Assembly: GCA_965224195.1 (NCBI GenBank)
Contig: OZ245040.1
Coordinates: 160,001-224,000 of the forward strand
DNA from: Nitrosopumilus sp.
Lineage (GTDB): Archaea; Thermoproteota; Nitrososphaeria; Nitrososphaerales; Nitrosopumilaceae
Length of the DNA: 64,000 bases
Direction: 5' to 3'
Shown here: one piece after another, positions 39,223 to 50,941 of the stretch
Layout: each line of letters begins with the position of its first letter
How positions within the stretch are numbered: the first letter of the stretch is position 1
The notes under the pieces: model-generated
Databases searched by the model: none
The model's input: only the letters and a program-made list of their open reading frames with translations
Told to the model about the DNA's origin: nothing
Position numbers and translations under genes: made by a program

Positions 39223-42200
39223 ATGTCTGAAAACAATGCAATTTCTCGAATTAGTGATATCAAAATGCCAGAACACTATCTGGATTACTATACCCGTCTT
39301 TCAGATGAGACATATTCAATATTTGAACATGCAGCTTCTGCAAAATCTACTCTAGTTGATTCTTCAGGTATTATTGAACCAAAAATCGCTTTTGATCTAG
39401 CAGATAGAGTTGCAAAAATACATGAAATTGATATTGCTGATCCATTAAGAGAAATTTTAAAAATTAATGGGAAAGAACTTTCAGCATTAATTTTAGCAAA
39501 AGAGATTGCTCAAGGCAAATACTGTCTTCCAGATGCTACATTAGAAGACAAATTAGATCTTGCAGTACGTGTAGGACTAGCTATTATTACTGAAGGAGTT
39601 ACTATTGCACCATTACAAGGAATTAGTGAAGTAAAAATTAAGAAAAATAAAGATGGCACTGAATATCTCTCTGTTTCAATTGCAGGACCAATGCGTTCAG
39701 CAGGCGGAACCGAGTCTGCTGTAACTTTGTTAATTGCAGACCATGTCAGAAAAATTGCAGGTCTATCAAAATTTCAAGCTAATTCATTTGATGATGAAAC
39801 AGGTAGATTTGTTGAAGAATTACGAATCTATGAAAGAGAAGCAAGCAGCTTTCAATTTCATATTTTAGATGCAGACATTGAACATGTAATTTCTAATCTT
39901 CCTGTAGAATTAGCAGGTGTTGATACTGATCCGTATGAGGTGGTTAACCATAAAGGCATGACTAGAATCAAGACTGACCGTGTTAGAGGTGGAGCTTTAC
40001 GAGTCTTAAATGATGGATTGATCGGAAGATCAAAAAAACTTCTCAAGAGAATTGAACTGTATAATCTAGATGGGTGGGAATGGCTCAATGATCTCAAAGG
40101 ATCTGTTCAAACTGATGACAATCAAGAAGACGCAGCAGCCAAAAGAATGCATGAAGTAATTACTGGCAGATCTGTCTTATCCATGCCTAACAAATTAGGA
40201 GGATTTCGTTTAAGGTATGGTAGAGCATGTAATACTGGTTTTGCAGCAGTAGGAATTCATCCAGTTATTGCGGAAATTCTAGATCATACGATTGCAGTAG
40301 GAACTCAAATCAAAATAGATATCCCTGGAAAAGGAGCAACTGTGGCATTTGTTGATTCAATCGATACTCCAACTGTCCGTCTCAATAATGGTAATGTTGT
40401 AAAAATTCGTGATGTAAAACATGGACTAGAAATTAAAAATAATATTGAAAAAATTCTACATCTTGGAGATATTTTAATTTCATTTGGGGATTTTTTAGAA
40501 AATAATGCTCAACTGGTACCTTCAGCTTATGTTGAAGAATTCTGGATAGAAGAATTAAAACAAAATATTGAAAAATATGATCCAAATGATCAGGTTTTAA
40601 ATCAATTTTTAAATAAAATTCCTACAATAGATGAAGCATTAAAAATTTCACTTGATTTTAAAATTCCACTTCATCCACATTATTTGTATTTCTGGGATAA
40701 AATTTCATCAGAAGATCTTCTCAAACTTTTAGAACCAAAAAAAGTTAATGAAATGTCAATTGAATATTCTATTCAAGTTAAGAAAATTCTTGAAAACTTG
40801 GGAACTCCTCATAAAGTTGAAAATGAAACATTGATCTTAGAACATCAGGAAGCAAAAATTTTCTTTAATTTACTTTTTAGAGAAAAACCAACAATTAGTG
40901 ATTTATCTGTTCCAAAAATCTTGTCAGAATCATCAGGTATTCAAATTAAGAATAAATTTTCAACAAGTATTGGAGTTAGAATTGGAAGACCTGAAAAAGC
41001 AGCTCCAAGACAAATGAAACCTCCTACACATACATTATTTCCAATTAGTGACAAGGGTGGTCCTACTAGAGATCTACTAAAAGCATCCAGAACTGAGCAC
41101 TTTTTTGCTAATATCATTAACCGTAATTGTACTCAATGTAATCAACCTTCTATTGGAATTAGATGTTCTATTTGTGGTACTAAAACATCGATAACTTACA
41201 GATGTTCCAATTGCAGAGATATTCTTAATGAGCCATTTTGCGAAAAATGTAAACGAAAAGCTCCAGCTCATTCTTATCAAGTATTTCCATTAAAATCTAG
41301 ATTGTTTTTAGCTCAGGAAAAAATGGGAATTCGTGCAAAAGAACCATTCAAAGGAGTCAAGGAATTAATTAATCAAGATAAAATTGCTGAACCATTAGAA
41401 AAGGGACTTGTAAGACAAAGTTTTGGTTTAACCACTTTCAAAGACGGAACAGTAAGATGCGATGCAACAAATTCTCCAATTACTCAATTCAAACCATCTT
41501 GGATTGGAACGTCCATTGAGAAATTAAAAGAACTTGGATATTCTCATGATATTGATGGAAAACCTCTTGAATCTATTGATCAAATTATTGAAATTCGAAT
41601 GCAGGATGTCATTATACCAAATGAAATCGGAAATTATCTAGTTAATGCTTGTAAATACATTGATGTTCTTTTAAAAAAATTCTACGGAAAATCTTCATTT
41701 TATAATGTTAAAAATAATGAGGAATTAATTGGGCATCTAATAATTGGTTTAGCTCCTCACACATCAGTAGGAATAGTAGGACGTATCATAGGATATACTG
41801 AAACTCATGTTTGTTTTGGAACTCCAAATTGGCATTCTGCAAAAAGAAGAGATGCTGATGGAGATGCTGATTCTATAATGTTACTAATGGATAGTCTTCT
41901 TAATTTTTCAAGACAATTTCTTTCAGATAGAATTGGCGGATTAATGGATGCGCCGTTACTTATTCAACCACATGTTTTACCACATGAATCTCAACCACAA
42001 GCACATAATCTTGAAGTTACAAAAATACTTCCTTTAGAATTTTTTGAATCTACATTCGAACAAGTAAAAGCATCAGATGTATCCTCAATTGAGATTATCA
42101 AATCACGACTTGATACTGAAAGACAATTCTATGATTATCACTTTACACATCCTACTTCATCTCTTACTACATCTAAATCAAGAAGTGCATATTCCACATT

Positions 42201-42600
42201 AGGTTCAATGCTTGACAAATTTGATATGCAAGTTAGAAATGCCGAATTAATCAATGTTGTAAACCCTGCAGAACTTGTTTCAAATGTAATTTCAACTCAT
42301 TTGGTTCCAGATTTGATGGGAAATCTTAGAGCATATGCAAGACAAAGTTTCAGATGCACAGCATGTGGAAAATCATGTCGTCGTATGCCTTTAATCCAAA
42401 CATGTGTTTGTGGGCATAAGCTAATTGCCACAATTACTAGAGGTTCTGTAGAAAAATATCTCAAACTTGCAAAAAGACTTGTTGAGAAATATGATGTTGG
42501 TGAATATCAAAGAGGAAGAATTCACGCCTTATCTGATGAAATTGAATTGGTATTTGGAAAGAGTCAAGGAGATCAATCCTTACTTTCAGACTATTCGTAA
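39223..42600 (+). CDS. polC: DNA polymerase D large subunit DP2
   Basis: AGPMRSAGGT, RIGRPEKA, FKDGTVR, KRRDADGDAD, Zn-binding CxxC pairs; no intein evident. Confidence 0.96.
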   Translation: MSENNAISRISDIKMPEHYLDYYTRLSDETYSIFEHAASAKSTLVDSSGIIEPKIAFDLADRVAKIHEIDIADPLREILKINGKELSALILAKEIAQGKYCLPDATLEDKLDLAVRVGLAIITEGVTIAPLQGISEVKIKKNKDGTEYLSVSIAGPMRSAGGTESAVTLLIADHVRKIAGLSKFQANSFDDETGRFVEELRIYEREASSFQFHILDADIEHVISNLPVELAGVDTDPYEVVNHKGMTRIKTDRVRGGALRVLNDGLIGRSKKLLKRIELYNLDGWEWLNDLKGSVQTDDNQEDAAAKRMHEVITGRSVLSMPNKLGGFRLRYGRACNTGFAAVGIHPVIAEILDHTIAVGTQIKIDIPGKGATVAFVDSIDTPTVRLNNGNVVKIRDVKHGLEIKNNIEKILHLGDILISFGDFLENNAQLVPSAYVEEFWIEELKQNIEKYDPNDQVLNQFLNKIPTIDEALKISLDFKIPLHPHYLYFWDKISSEDLLKLLEPKKVNEMSIEYSIQVKKILENLGTPHKVENETLILEHQEAKIFFNLLFREKPTISDLSVPKILSESSGIQIKNKFSTSIGVRIGRPEKAAPRQMKPPTHTLFPISDKGGPTRDLLKASRTEHFFANIINRNCTQCNQPSIGIRCSICGTKTSITYRCSNCRDILNEPFCEKCKRKAPAHSYQVFPLKSRLFLAQEKMGIRAKEPFKGVKELINQDKIAEPLEKGLVRQSFGLTTFKDGTVRCDATNSPITQFKPSWIGTSIEKLKELGYSHDIDGKPLESIDQIIEIRMQDVIIPNEIGNYLVNACKYIDVLLKKFYGKSSFYNVKNNEELIGHLIIGLAPHTSVGIVGRIIGYTETHVCFGTPNWHSAKRRDADGDADSIMLLMDSLLNFSRQFLSDRIGGLMDAPLLIQPHVLPHESQPQAHNLEVTKILPLEFFESTFEQVKASDVSSIEIIKSRLDTERQFYDYHFTHPTSSLTTSKSRSAYSTLGSMLDKFDMQVRNAELINVVNPAELVSNVISTHLVPDLMGNLRAYARQSFRCTACGKSCRRMPLIQTCVCGHKLIATITRGSVEKYLKLAKRLVEKYDVGEYQRGRIHALSDEIELVFGKSQGDQSLLSDYS

Positions 42601-42602
42601 AT

Positions 42603-43925
42603 CTATCTTAATTTGACGTATTCGTAAGCACCCAATTTGTTATCAAAGCAGAATTTAACTTTTTGAAAGTCTTTTCTGAATGCTTTAACTTTTGAAAGTA
42701 TTTTCTGTGGATCTTTTTTGTCAATTACAACTTGTTTTAGATAGGAAGCAATTTCTTGCATTTCATTTTTCTTCATTCCTAATCGTGTAATTTCAGAAAC
42801 TCCTAATCTTATTCCACCAGGATGGAAATAGTTTCTTCCTGCTTTAATATCACCAGGGATTAATTGTCTATTTACAATAATATTTGCTTTTTCTAAATTA
42901 GCTTCTATCTTTCCACCATCAGAATAATCTAAAACGTTAACTACAATCTGATGTGATTCTGTAAAGCCTCTACTTTCACCTAATACTTTGAATCCCATAT
43001 CACTCAAGGCTTCTGCAAATATTTTAGCATTTTTGATTACTTCAACTGCATAATCTTTTCCATACTCTAAAGCTTCTGCAAATGCAACTGCTTTTCCGGC
43101 CATATGATGAATATGATGACTACTAGTAAGACCAGGAAAAGTTGCTTTTTTGATACCTTCTTCGTGTTCTTTTGAGCCTAAGACAAGTCCTCCTTGAGGA
43201 CCAAACAAAGTCTTATGAGTACTCATAGTCATTGTATCTGCTCCTTCGCGTAAAGGATCTTGGAATCTCCCACCAGCAATTAATCCTGCAACATGAGCAG
43301 CATCATAATTGATATGCATATCATAACTCTTTAGAAAATCTGATAATTCTTTGACAGGATGAGGAAACAAGAATAATGAACCACCAAACATTGCCATCTT
43401 TGGAAGACGATTTTGTTTTTTGAGATCTTTAATTTTTTGTTTAGTTTTATCTACATCAATTGTCATTTCTTCAGCATTAAACGGATAAAATTCAATTTCT
43501 AATCCATGAACCAATCCAGCAGTTCCAGAATGTTCCTTCTTACCATGAGAGATATGTCCACCTGCTGGAATTGATGGTGCTAACATAATGTCTCCAGGAT
43601 TTGTAAATGCAGAATAAACTGCTAAATTTGCAACGACTCCTGAAATTGGTCTAACGTCAGCAAATTTTGCTTTGTATAATTTTTTAGCTAACTTCATGCA
43701 TTCAAACTCTACCTCATCAATGTAGGTACAACCAGCATAGACTCTTTCTCCAGGCCATCCTTCTGCGTATCTATTTCCAAAATCAGAAATTATTGCCTCC
43801 CTAACCGCTGGGCTAGGGATATTTTCACTTGCAATTAATGGAATTGAGTTTTCAAACCATTTGTGATGTTCTTTTAATTTTGTAAAAATTTTATCATAAG
43901 ATTCTTTATTCTGGGATTTTGTCAT
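42603..43925 (-). CDS. glyA: Serine hydroxymethyltransferase
   Basis: LIASEN, YAEGWPG, GGHISH, STHKTLFGPQGG. Confidence 0.95.
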   Translation of the reverse strand: MTKSQNKESYDKIFTKLKEHHKWFENSIPLIASENIPSPAVREAIISDFGNRYAEGWPGERVYAGCTYIDEVEFECMKLAKKLYKAKFADVRPISGVVANLAVYSAFTNPGDIMLAPSIPAGGHISHGKKEHSGTAGLVHGLEIEFYPFNAEEMTIDVDKTKQKIKDLKKQNRLPKMAMFGGSLFLFPHPVKELSDFLKSYDMHINYDAAHVAGLIAGGRFQDPLREGADTMTMSTHKTLFGPQGGLVLGSKEHEEGIKKATFPGLTSSHHIHHMAGKAVAFAEALEYGKDYAVEVIKNAKIFAEALSDMGFKVLGESRGFTESHQIVVNVLDYSDGGKIEANLEKANIIVNRQLIPGDIKAGRNYFHPGGIRLGVSEITRLGMKKNEMQEIASYLKQVVIDKKDPQKILSKVKAFRKDFQKVKFCFDNKLGAYEYVKLR

Positions 43926-44019
43926 ATTTTGCATCTTGATTTTCCCAATTTAAAAACACCGATGTGATTTCAAAATTTTCGATCTTGATCTGGAAGATAT
44001 AAAAGGGGAATCGGGAGTT

Positions 44020-45735
44020 TTGGCATCTATGGGAATGCAGGCAACCTCAAAAGGCAATATGCCAGTTGTTTTGCTAAAAGAAGGCGGTACTGAAACTAAA
44101 GGACGAGAAGCCCAAAAAAATAACATTGCAGCAGCCAAAATTGTTGCCGAAATTGTTCATACCAGTCTTGGTCCAAGAGGCATGGATAAAATGCTAGTTG
44201 ATTCCTTGGGTGACGTTACAATTACAAATGATGGCGCTACCATTCTAAAAGAAATTGATGTTCAACATCCAGCAGCAAAAATGCTAGTTGAAATCTCAAA
44301 AACTACTGATAATGAAGTAGGAGATGGTACAACTTCTGCTGTTATATTAGCAGGTGCTTTACTTTCACAAGCTGAAACATTAATTGATCAAGATGTACAT
44401 CCAACAATTATTGTAGATGGATATAGAAAAGCTGCAAGAAAAGCAAAAGAATACCTTGAAGATATTGCAGACACAATTACAGCTAATGATAAAAATATTC
44501 TAAATAAAATTGCAAAAACTTCAATGCAAACTAAATTAGTTAGAAAAGACTCTGATCAATTAGCAGAGATTATTGTAAAATCAATTCTTGCTGTTGCAGA
44601 AAAAGATGGTGAATCTTTTGAAGTTGACATTGATGATATTAAAGTAGAAAAGAAAACAGGTGGTTCTATCAAAGATTCTATGATTATTCAAGGTATTGTT
44701 CTTGATAAAGAAATTGTTCATGGAGGAATGCCAAGAACAATTACCGATGCTAAAATTGCATTAATCAACACTGCATTAGAAATTAGTAAAACTGAAACTG
44801 ATGCTAAAATTAACATTTCAAATCCTCAACAACTAAAATCATTTTTAGATGAAGAAAATAGAATGCTAAAAACAATGGTTGACAAAGTAATTGGTTCTGG
44901 TGCTAATGTAGTATTATGTCAAAAAGGACTAGATGATATGGCTCAACATTATCTTGCAAAAGCTGGTATAATTGCTGTTAGAAGAATTAAAGAAAGTGAT
45001 CTTACTAAACTTGCAAAAGCAACAGGCGCTAGAATAGTTACTAATCTTGATGATCTCTTTGAAAAAGATCTTGGTATTGCTGAAACTGTAGAAGAAAGAA
45101 AAATTGAAGAAGACAAATGGGTATTTGTTGAAGGATGTAAACATCCAAAATCAGTAACATTACTTCTTCGTGCAGGCTCACAAAGAGTAGTAGATGAGGT
45201 AGAACGTTCTGTTCATGATGCTTTGATGGTTGTAAAAGATGTGATTTTAAAACCTCAAATTGTAGCAGGTGGCGGTGCCCCTGAGACATATGCAGCGACC
45301 AAAATTCGTGGTTGGTCTAAATCTTTAGAAGGTAGAGAGCAACTTGCAGCAGAAAAATTTGCTGATGCATTAGAAGAAATTCCAATGGCACTTGCTGATA
45401 ACGCTGGAATGGATCCAATTGATACTCTTACACTTTTACGTTCTAAACAACAGAAAGGTGAAAAATGGACTGGAATTGATGTAATGAAAGCAAAGATTGG
45501 TAATATGAAATCAAGTGATATTATTGAACCACTTACAGTTAAACTACAAATTGTTTCAGCAGCTGCAGAAGCTGCATGTATGATTCTTAGAATCGATGAT
45601 GTTATAGCTACTCAAAAATCTGCAGGTGGACCTCCTGGTGGAGAAGGCGGAATGCCACCTGGAATGCCACCTGGAATGCCACCTGGAATGCCACCTGGAA
45701 TGGGTGGTATGCCTGATATGGGCGGAATGATGTAA
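44020..45735 (+). CDS. ths: Thermosome (group II chaperonin) subunit
   Basis: [29 protein letters not shown], Gly/Met tail. Confidence 0.96.
   Translation: MASMGMQATSKGNMPVVLLKEGGTETKGREAQKNNIAAAKIVAEIVHTSLGPRGMDKMLVDSLGDVTITNDGATILKEIDVQHPAAKMLVEISKTTDNEVGDGTTSAVILAGALLSQAETLIDQDVHPTIIVDGYRKAARKAKEYLEDIADTITANDKNILNKIAKTSMQTKLVRKDSDQLAEIIVKSILAVAEKDGESFEVDIDDIKVEKKTGGSIKDSMIIQGIVLDKEIVHGGMPRTITDAKIALINTALEISKTETDAKINISNPQQLKSFLDEENRMLKTMVDKVIGSGANVVLCQKGLDDMAQHYLAKAGIIAVRRIKESDLTKLAKATGARIVTNLDDLFEKDLGIAETVEERKIEEDKWVFVEGCKHPKSVTLLLRAGSQRVVDEVERSVHDALMVVKDVILKPQIVAGGGAPETYAATKIRGWSKSLEGREQLAAEKFADALEEIPMALADNAGMDPIDTLTLLRSKQQKGEKWTGIDVMKAKIGNMKSSDIIEPLTVKLQIVSAAAEAACMILRIDDVIATQKSAGGPPGGEGGMPPGMPPGMPPGMPPGMGGMPDMGGMM
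45649..45702. repeat. 12-bp tandem repeat ggaatgccacct x4.5 (GMPP)
   Basis: Identical units in the thermosome C-terminal tail. Confidence 0.9.
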
Positions 45736-45789
45736 ATCATTTTGAAAACTTTTCAAACCTTTAATTGCTAAATCTATTTACGAAAAATA

Positions 45790-46068
45790 TTGAATCAAAC
45801 AACATCCAAAGCGCTTACTGGATTCAAGTACATTTACCTAATTGCCTTTTTTACATTACTGGCAGGATTATTCCATCCACTTATCACTAACACTAGTTTT
45901 GATGGAGTGATTAGTGGAGTATTGATATTATTTATAGGTCTTGCCGGTGGGGTTTTACTATACAGAGCTGCAACATCTGAAAGTAAAAGAGTAATTTTTC
46001 TAGGAAGTGGGTTTACCTTAATGGCTATTTCATTATACTATATTTTTCAATTTACTGGAAGAGCTTAA
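45790..46068 (+). CDS. Small three-helix membrane protein
   Basis: Three hydrophobic segments. Confidence 0.72.
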   Translation: MNQTTSKALTGFKYIYLIAFFTLLAGLFHPLITNTSFDGVISGVLILFIGLAGGVLLYRAATSESKRVIFLGSGFTLMAISLYYIFQFTGRA

Positions 46069-47537
46069 ACATCAAAATACAGATAAAATTCGTGTGGATG
46101 TGGTCTGATGGCTATCTCCCGTTGATCTCTTCTTTCTAATTCTATAATTTTATCAATTACATCATTTGTGAAAATTGTGTTAAGGTATTTTCTATCACTT
46201 TCTAATTCATCTAATGCTTCTCCAAGACTTTTTGGAAGAACACCAATTCCTCTTTTTGCTCTGTCAGATTTTGTCATCTTGAAGATATCGTCACGAACTT
46301 CAGGTCCCGGATCCATTTTCTTCTTCACTCCATCCATTCCTGCTGCAGTTACAGCTGCAAATACAAGATATGGGTTTGATGAAGGATCAGGTGCTCTAAA
46401 TTCAAGCCTCTTAAGATTAGCATAATTTTTCCCTTTGAGATGTTTTGGAACTCTGACTATTGCAGAACGGTTTCCAGAACTCCATGCAATGTATGCTGGA
46501 GCTTCATATCCTGGAACTAATCTGTGATATGAGTTAGTTGTAGGATTACAAATAGCAGATAATGATTTTGCATGATTAATGATACCGCCACAAAAGTATC
46601 GTCCAAGTTGGCTTAATTCAATTTCATCGTCTGCATCATAAAATGCATTTAGATTATCCTTCCATAAACTAACATTAACATGCATTCCAGAACCAGAATC
46701 CATTGCAATTGGTTTTGGCATCATTGTTGCAACTTTTCCATATTTTTGTGCAACATTTCTAATAACAAATTTGTATGATTGTGCAGCGTCAGCAGCATTT
46801 GTCATGCGATCATACTTGATATCAATTTCACATTGACCTGCTGTTGCTACTTCGTGATGGTGATTATCACATAAAATTCCAAAATTTTTATTGAGAATAT
46901 TTACACATTCATTTCTATATGGTGTAAGAGTATCTGCTGGAGTACTTGGGTAATATCCCTCTTGTAATCCCATAGGATAACCATTACCTGATTGATTCCA
47001 TGGAGCCTCTTTTGATTCAATAGAATATGATTGACCTTTGTAAGGAGTTAGAACATCCCAATGTACTTTATCAAATACAAAGAATTCAACTTCTGGACCC
47101 CATGTACTATAATCAAATCCTTGAGTTTTGATATATTCTTCAGCTTTTTGAGAAATTCCTCTTGGGTCTCTTGATAATCGTCCTCTATCTTCACCCCAAT
47201 AGACATCACATAGTAGTCTAGCAGTTTTATTTTCAGTCATCCATGGAATAATTGCAAATGTATTTGGATCAGGTTTTAAAAGTAAATCTGAATCATTAAT
47301 GCTGGCAAATCCAATAATAGATGAACCATCTAATTTTGGTAATCCATCTCTCATTTGTTCTGGAGTGAAGGTATTTGCTGAAATTGTAGTATGATGAAAA
47401 TGACCTGTAAGACCTGTAAATTGTAAATCTATAAACTGAATTTCTTCATGTTGGATTCTCGAAAAAACTTCGTCAGAGGAATATCCTATTGGAATTGCTT
47501 TACCGTGGCTGACTTTATATGGCAATTTATACTTCAA
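46065..47537 (-). CDS. glnA: Glutamine synthetase type I (copy 1)
   Basis: DGSSI, GPEVEFF, HHEVATAGQCEI, MPKP..DSGSGMH, RLVPGYEAP, NRSA, RLEFRAPD; start uncertain by a few codons. Confidence 0.95.
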   Translation of the reverse strand: MKYKLPYKVSHGKAIPIGYSSDEVFSRIQHEEIQFIDLQFTGLTGHFHHTTISANTFTPEQMRDGLPKLDGSSIIGFASINDSDLLLKPDPNTFAIIPWMTENKTARLLCDVYWGEDRGRLSRDPRGISQKAEEYIKTQGFDYSTWGPEVEFFVFDKVHWDVLTPYKGQSYSIESKEAPWNQSGNGYPMGLQEGYYPSTPADTLTPYRNECVNILNKNFGILCDNHHHEVATAGQCEIDIKYDRMTNAADAAQSYKFVIRNVAQKYGKVATMMPKPIAMDSGSGMHVNVSLWKDNLNAFYDADDEIELSQLGRYFCGGIINHAKSLSAICNPTTNSYHRLVPGYEAPAYIAWSSGNRSAIVRVPKHLKGKNYANLKRLEFRAPDPSSNPYLVFAAVTAAGMDGVKKKMDPGPEVRDDIFKMTKSDRAKRGIGVLPKSLGEALDELESDRKYLNTIFTNDVIDKIIELERRDQREIAIRPHPHEFYLYFDV

Positions 47538-47578
47538 TCAAACACAAATACATCAGCCATTTAAGGATTAGGTAAGAC

Positions 47579-48136
47579 ATGTCAGAATCAAATCAAATCG
47601 ATATCAACTCTTTACATCATATAGTTTTACGTGAAATTGAAGATGATTCAATTTCAGAAATTGATCCTAATTTTTACAGAAATTTAGCTGATTTCATTGG
47701 AAATTTACAAAAACAAGAATTTGATGGAGTAGAAAATAAAATTAAAGATACTATGGTAGAGATGGTAACAGAATTAACATCATTATTAATAGAAATTAGA
47801 CTAGATAAAATTTCAAAAAATTCTGATTTAGAAATAAGTTATTTACTAGATGAAGAAAAATTCATTCTTGATTCACAAGAAGATCAGAAAGAAAGAATAG
47901 AAATGATTGTATCGGCAACAATTAATGGAAAATCAAAATTTCTAGAATCATTAGCCCAAAATCATAAAACAAAAAAAATTGTTATTCGATTCTTACATAA
48001 AGTAGATGAAATTGTTGGTGCAGATCTTGAAAAATATGGTCCTTTTAAGACTGAAGATATAGCTACTATTCCATATGAGAATGCTCAGGCTTTAATTGCA
48101 AAAAATGTAGCAACTAAGGTTCATTTGGAAGACTAG
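47579..48136 (+). CDS. DNA replication GINS family protein
   Basis: RLDKI...LLDEEK; C-terminal B domain VGADLEKYGPF..EDIATIP..NA. Confidence 0.85.
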   Translation: MSESNQIDINSLHHIVLREIEDDSISEIDPNFYRNLADFIGNLQKQEFDGVENKIKDTMVEMVTELTSLLIEIRLDKISKNSDLEISYLLDEEKFILDSQEDQKERIEMIVSATINGKSKFLESLAQNHKTKKIVIRFLHKVDEIVGADLEKYGPFKTEDIATIPYENAQALIAKNVATKVHLED

Positions 48137-48167
48137 ATAGAAATTATACCTTTAATCATCATAAAAT

Positions 48168-48452
48168 ATGTCTCATACAGGCGTTGAAGTGTTTGATTTT
48201 CTTCTTTACACAATTTATCCTGTAATCGGAATTTTTACAGTGGAAGTTATCAGCAGATTAGTAAAGGCACCAAAATGGATAAAATTATGGACACAAGCAA
48301 TTGTGTCTATTGGCTTTGGGGTTTACTATTGGTTCATTTTACCAGCACCACAAAATTTTCCATTAACTGCAATGGTGATGTTTGCACTTGCTATAGCTTT
48401 GATTTATCAAGGAAGAAGAGCAAAAATTTCTCCTGATAAAAGTCCGTATTAA
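48168..48452 (+). CDS. Small membrane protein
   Basis: Three hydrophobic segments. Confidence 0.75.
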   Translation: MSHTGVEVFDFLLYTIYPVIGIFTVEVISRLVKAPKWIKLWTQAIVSIGFGVYYWFILPAPQNFPLTAMVMFALAIALIYQGRRAKISPDKSPY

Positions 48453-48676
48453 TTTCGAAATCTTCTAAAAATTCGTTTTAAAATATTTGGTTTGTTACGT
48501 CCACCATCACGAATAACTTTTCCCTCTCCAAATCTTTTAGCTCTAATTTGACTGAGTTTTACACATCTATGTTCTTCAGGTAGTCTATGTTCTGCACAAA
48601 AAGGATCTTTGCAGTAATTACATTGAAAAGGCATATCAGTTAAATCACCACAATAAGCGCATTTTTCAGATTGCAT
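48449..48676 (-). CDS. AN1-type zinc finger protein
   Basis: CAYC...PFQCNYCKDPFCAEHRLPEEHRC. Confidence 0.9.
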   Translation of the reverse strand: MQSEKCAYCGDLTDMPFQCNYCKDPFCAEHRLPEEHRCVKLSQIRAKRFGEGKVIRDGGRNKPNILKRIFRRFRN

Positions 48677-48783
48677 ATTTTATAATACTATTTTTCTTTT
48701 AATAAAGGTGCTAGAATTTTCTTGAAACTTCTTAATGTCTAAACATTTTTACGATGTTCAACCATAGTTTGTGTGAAGATTAT

Positions 48784-49524
48784 ATGATTAAAGATAAAGT
48801 TGCAATAATTACTGGAGCCAGCAGTGGAATAGGATTTGCTACTGCTTTGGCCTTATCAAAAGCAGGTGCAAAAGTTGCAGTAGGTGCTAGAAGAGTAGAT
48901 AGATTAGAAGAACTAGCAAAAAAAATCACATCTGATGGTGGAGAAGTATTTTTTCAAAAATTAGATGTAACACAAAGATCTGAATGCGAAAATTTTGCAA
49001 AAGCTGTTTTAGAGAAATGGGGCTCTATTGATATTCTTGTAAATAATGCAGGTTTGATGCCTTTGAGTTTATTCAAAAGCCTCAAAGTTGATGAATGGGA
49101 TAGAATGATTGATGTGAATATCAAAGGTGTTTTGTATTCTACAGGAGCTGTAATTTCACATATGAAAGAAAAGAAATCAGGTCATATAGTTAATCTTTCA
49201 TCAGTAGCAGGAAGAGTAGTTTTTGTCGGTGGTAGTGTTTATTGTGCAACTAAATATGCTGTTGCAGCATTTACTGAAGGATTAAGACAAGAATTCAGTG
49301 TTCGCTCTAACATTAGAGTAACTAGCATTGAACCCGGAGTTGTTGTAACAGAACTTAATGATACTATTACTGATGAATCCTTACAAGGATTTGTTGAAAA
49401 TGCAAAGAAAATGGAAGCTTTACAAGCAGAGGATATTGCAAATGCAATTTTGTATGCAGTTGATTCACCATCACACGTTAATGTAAATGAGATTTTGATA
49501 CGACCTACAACTCAAGCACTTTAA
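48784..49524 (+). CDS. Short-chain dehydrogenase/reductase
   Basis: TGASSGIG, ARR, NNAG, YCATK; likely start MIKDK. Confidence 0.92.
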   Translation: MIKDKVAIITGASSGIGFATALALSKAGAKVAVGARRVDRLEELAKKITSDGGEVFFQKLDVTQRSECENFAKAVLEKWGSIDILVNNAGLMPLSLFKSLKVDEWDRMIDVNIKGVLYSTGAVISHMKEKKSGHIVNLSSVAGRVVFVGGSVYCATKYAVAAFTEGLRQEFSVRSNIRVTSIEPGVVVTELNDTITDESLQGFVENAKKMEALQAEDIANAILYAVDSPSHVNVNEILIRPTTQAL

Positions 49525-49525
49525 A

Positions 49526-50674
49526 TTGACAAATATTCCACATGTTGTAATTTTAGGTGGAGGTTTTGGTGGACTTTCAGCTGCAAACGAATTAAGAAAC
49601 ACATTACCATCATCACAAGTAAAAATTACTGTAGTTGATAAAAAAGACTGGTTTATGGTAGGATTTGCAAAGTTATGGATCATAAATGGAACTCGCACTT
49701 TTGAAAATTCAACCGGATCCTTAAATGAATTACAAAAAAAAGAAATTGATTTCATTAAAGATGAAATTATATCAATTAATTTTGAAAATAAAAATGTAAA
49801 AACAAAAACTAAAGAAATTTTATTTGATTTTTTAATTATTTCAATGGGAGCAGTATTAGCTCCTCAAAAAATTCCTGGATTAGAACAAAATGGATTCAAT
49901 CTTTATGATCATAATCAACTTTTAGAAATCCGTGAAAAGCTTGAGAATATTGAATTTGGAAAAATTGCAATTTCTATAATGGGAATGCCTTACAAATGCC
50001 CTCCAGCACCATTTGAGGCTAGTTTATTGATAGATTCTATGCTTCGAAAACGAGGAATTCGTGATTCTGTACAAATTGATTTTTACAGTCCTGCTCCTAT
50101 TACTTTGCCAGCTGCTGGACCTGAAGTTAGTAAACAAATTCTTGAACTGGTAAATTCTGTACAAATTGTTTTTCATAATTCGTGTAAAATAAAATCTGTT
50201 GAATCTAAAAAATTAATTTTTGAAGATAGTGAAGCTGATTTTGATATACTTTTAGCTATTCCACCACATATTGCTCCTAAAGTAATTTATGATTCTGGAT
50301 TAGCTAAAGAACCTGGATTTATTCCAATAGATAGAGATTGTAAAACACCAATTGAAAATGTCTTTGCAGTAGGTGATGTAACTAGTTTAACAGTTGTAGA
50401 AAAAATGGCAGTTCCAAAAGCTGGAATTTTTGCAGAAGGAGAAGGTATTACAGTAGCACAAAATATTATTGCAAAAATTCAATTTAAAGAAGAATCTGCA
50501 TTGTTTGACGGAAAAGGTGGCTGTTTTATTGAGTCTGGCAGAGATACTGCATCTATAATTGAAGTTGATATGTTTTCACACTCAAAACCATCAACAAATC
50601 TCACAGAATCAACAACTGACAATCTTTCTAAAAAAATAGAATTTGAAAAAGAAAGACTATCAAAATGGTTTTAG
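49526..50674 (+). CDS. FAD-dependent oxidoreductase, sulfide:quinone oxidoreductase / flavocytochrome c-like
   Basis: GGGFGG, YKCPPAPFE, FAVGD, PKAG, GGCFIESG. Confidence 0.82.
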   Translation: MTNIPHVVILGGGFGGLSAANELRNTLPSSQVKITVVDKKDWFMVGFAKLWIINGTRTFENSTGSLNELQKKEIDFIKDEIISINFENKNVKTKTKEILFDFLIISMGAVLAPQKIPGLEQNGFNLYDHNQLLEIREKLENIEFGKIAISIMGMPYKCPPAPFEASLLIDSMLRKRGIRDSVQIDFYSPAPITLPAAGPEVSKQILELVNSVQIVFHNSCKIKSVESKKLIFEDSEADFDILLAIPPHIAPKVIYDSGLAKEPGFIPIDRDCKTPIENVFAVGDVTSLTVVEKMAVPKAGIFAEGEGITVAQNIIAKIQFKEESALFDGKGGCFIESGRDTASIIEVDMFSHSKPSTNLTESTTDNLSKKIEFEKERLSKWF

Positions 50675-50675
50675 T

Positions 50676-50885
50676 TTATTCATCTGAATCTTTACTTTTT
50701 GAAAGATGTTCTAAAATTGCTTTAACTCCCACATCTATTTCTTGAATATTTTTTGAAAGATTGAGTTTTTCTGGAATATTATTTTTAAAATCTTCAGCTT
50801 CTGATTCTATACTTCTTTTTTGAACACAATCTAGATGATCTTGATCTGTAGCAGAAATCTTATGGCAAATATTGCAAAGTTTCAT
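50676..50885 (-). CDS. Small hypothetical protein (CxxC...H..C)
   Basis: MKLCNICHK...DHLDC. Confidence 0.6.
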   Translation of the reverse strand: MKLCNICHKISATDQDHLDCVQKRSIESEAEDFKNNIPEKLNLSKNIQEIDVGVKAILEHLSKSKDSDE

Positions 50886-50941
50886 TAATTTTGTTTATCA
50901 ATAGGACGATTTAATAATTTCATTTTGTGCCTCTGAAGCGA

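Noticed and set aside
39223-42600. Intein in DP2 (also checked cdc6 and cdc48)
   Set aside because: Lengths are typical and no intein splice motifs or LAGLIDADG blocks were seen
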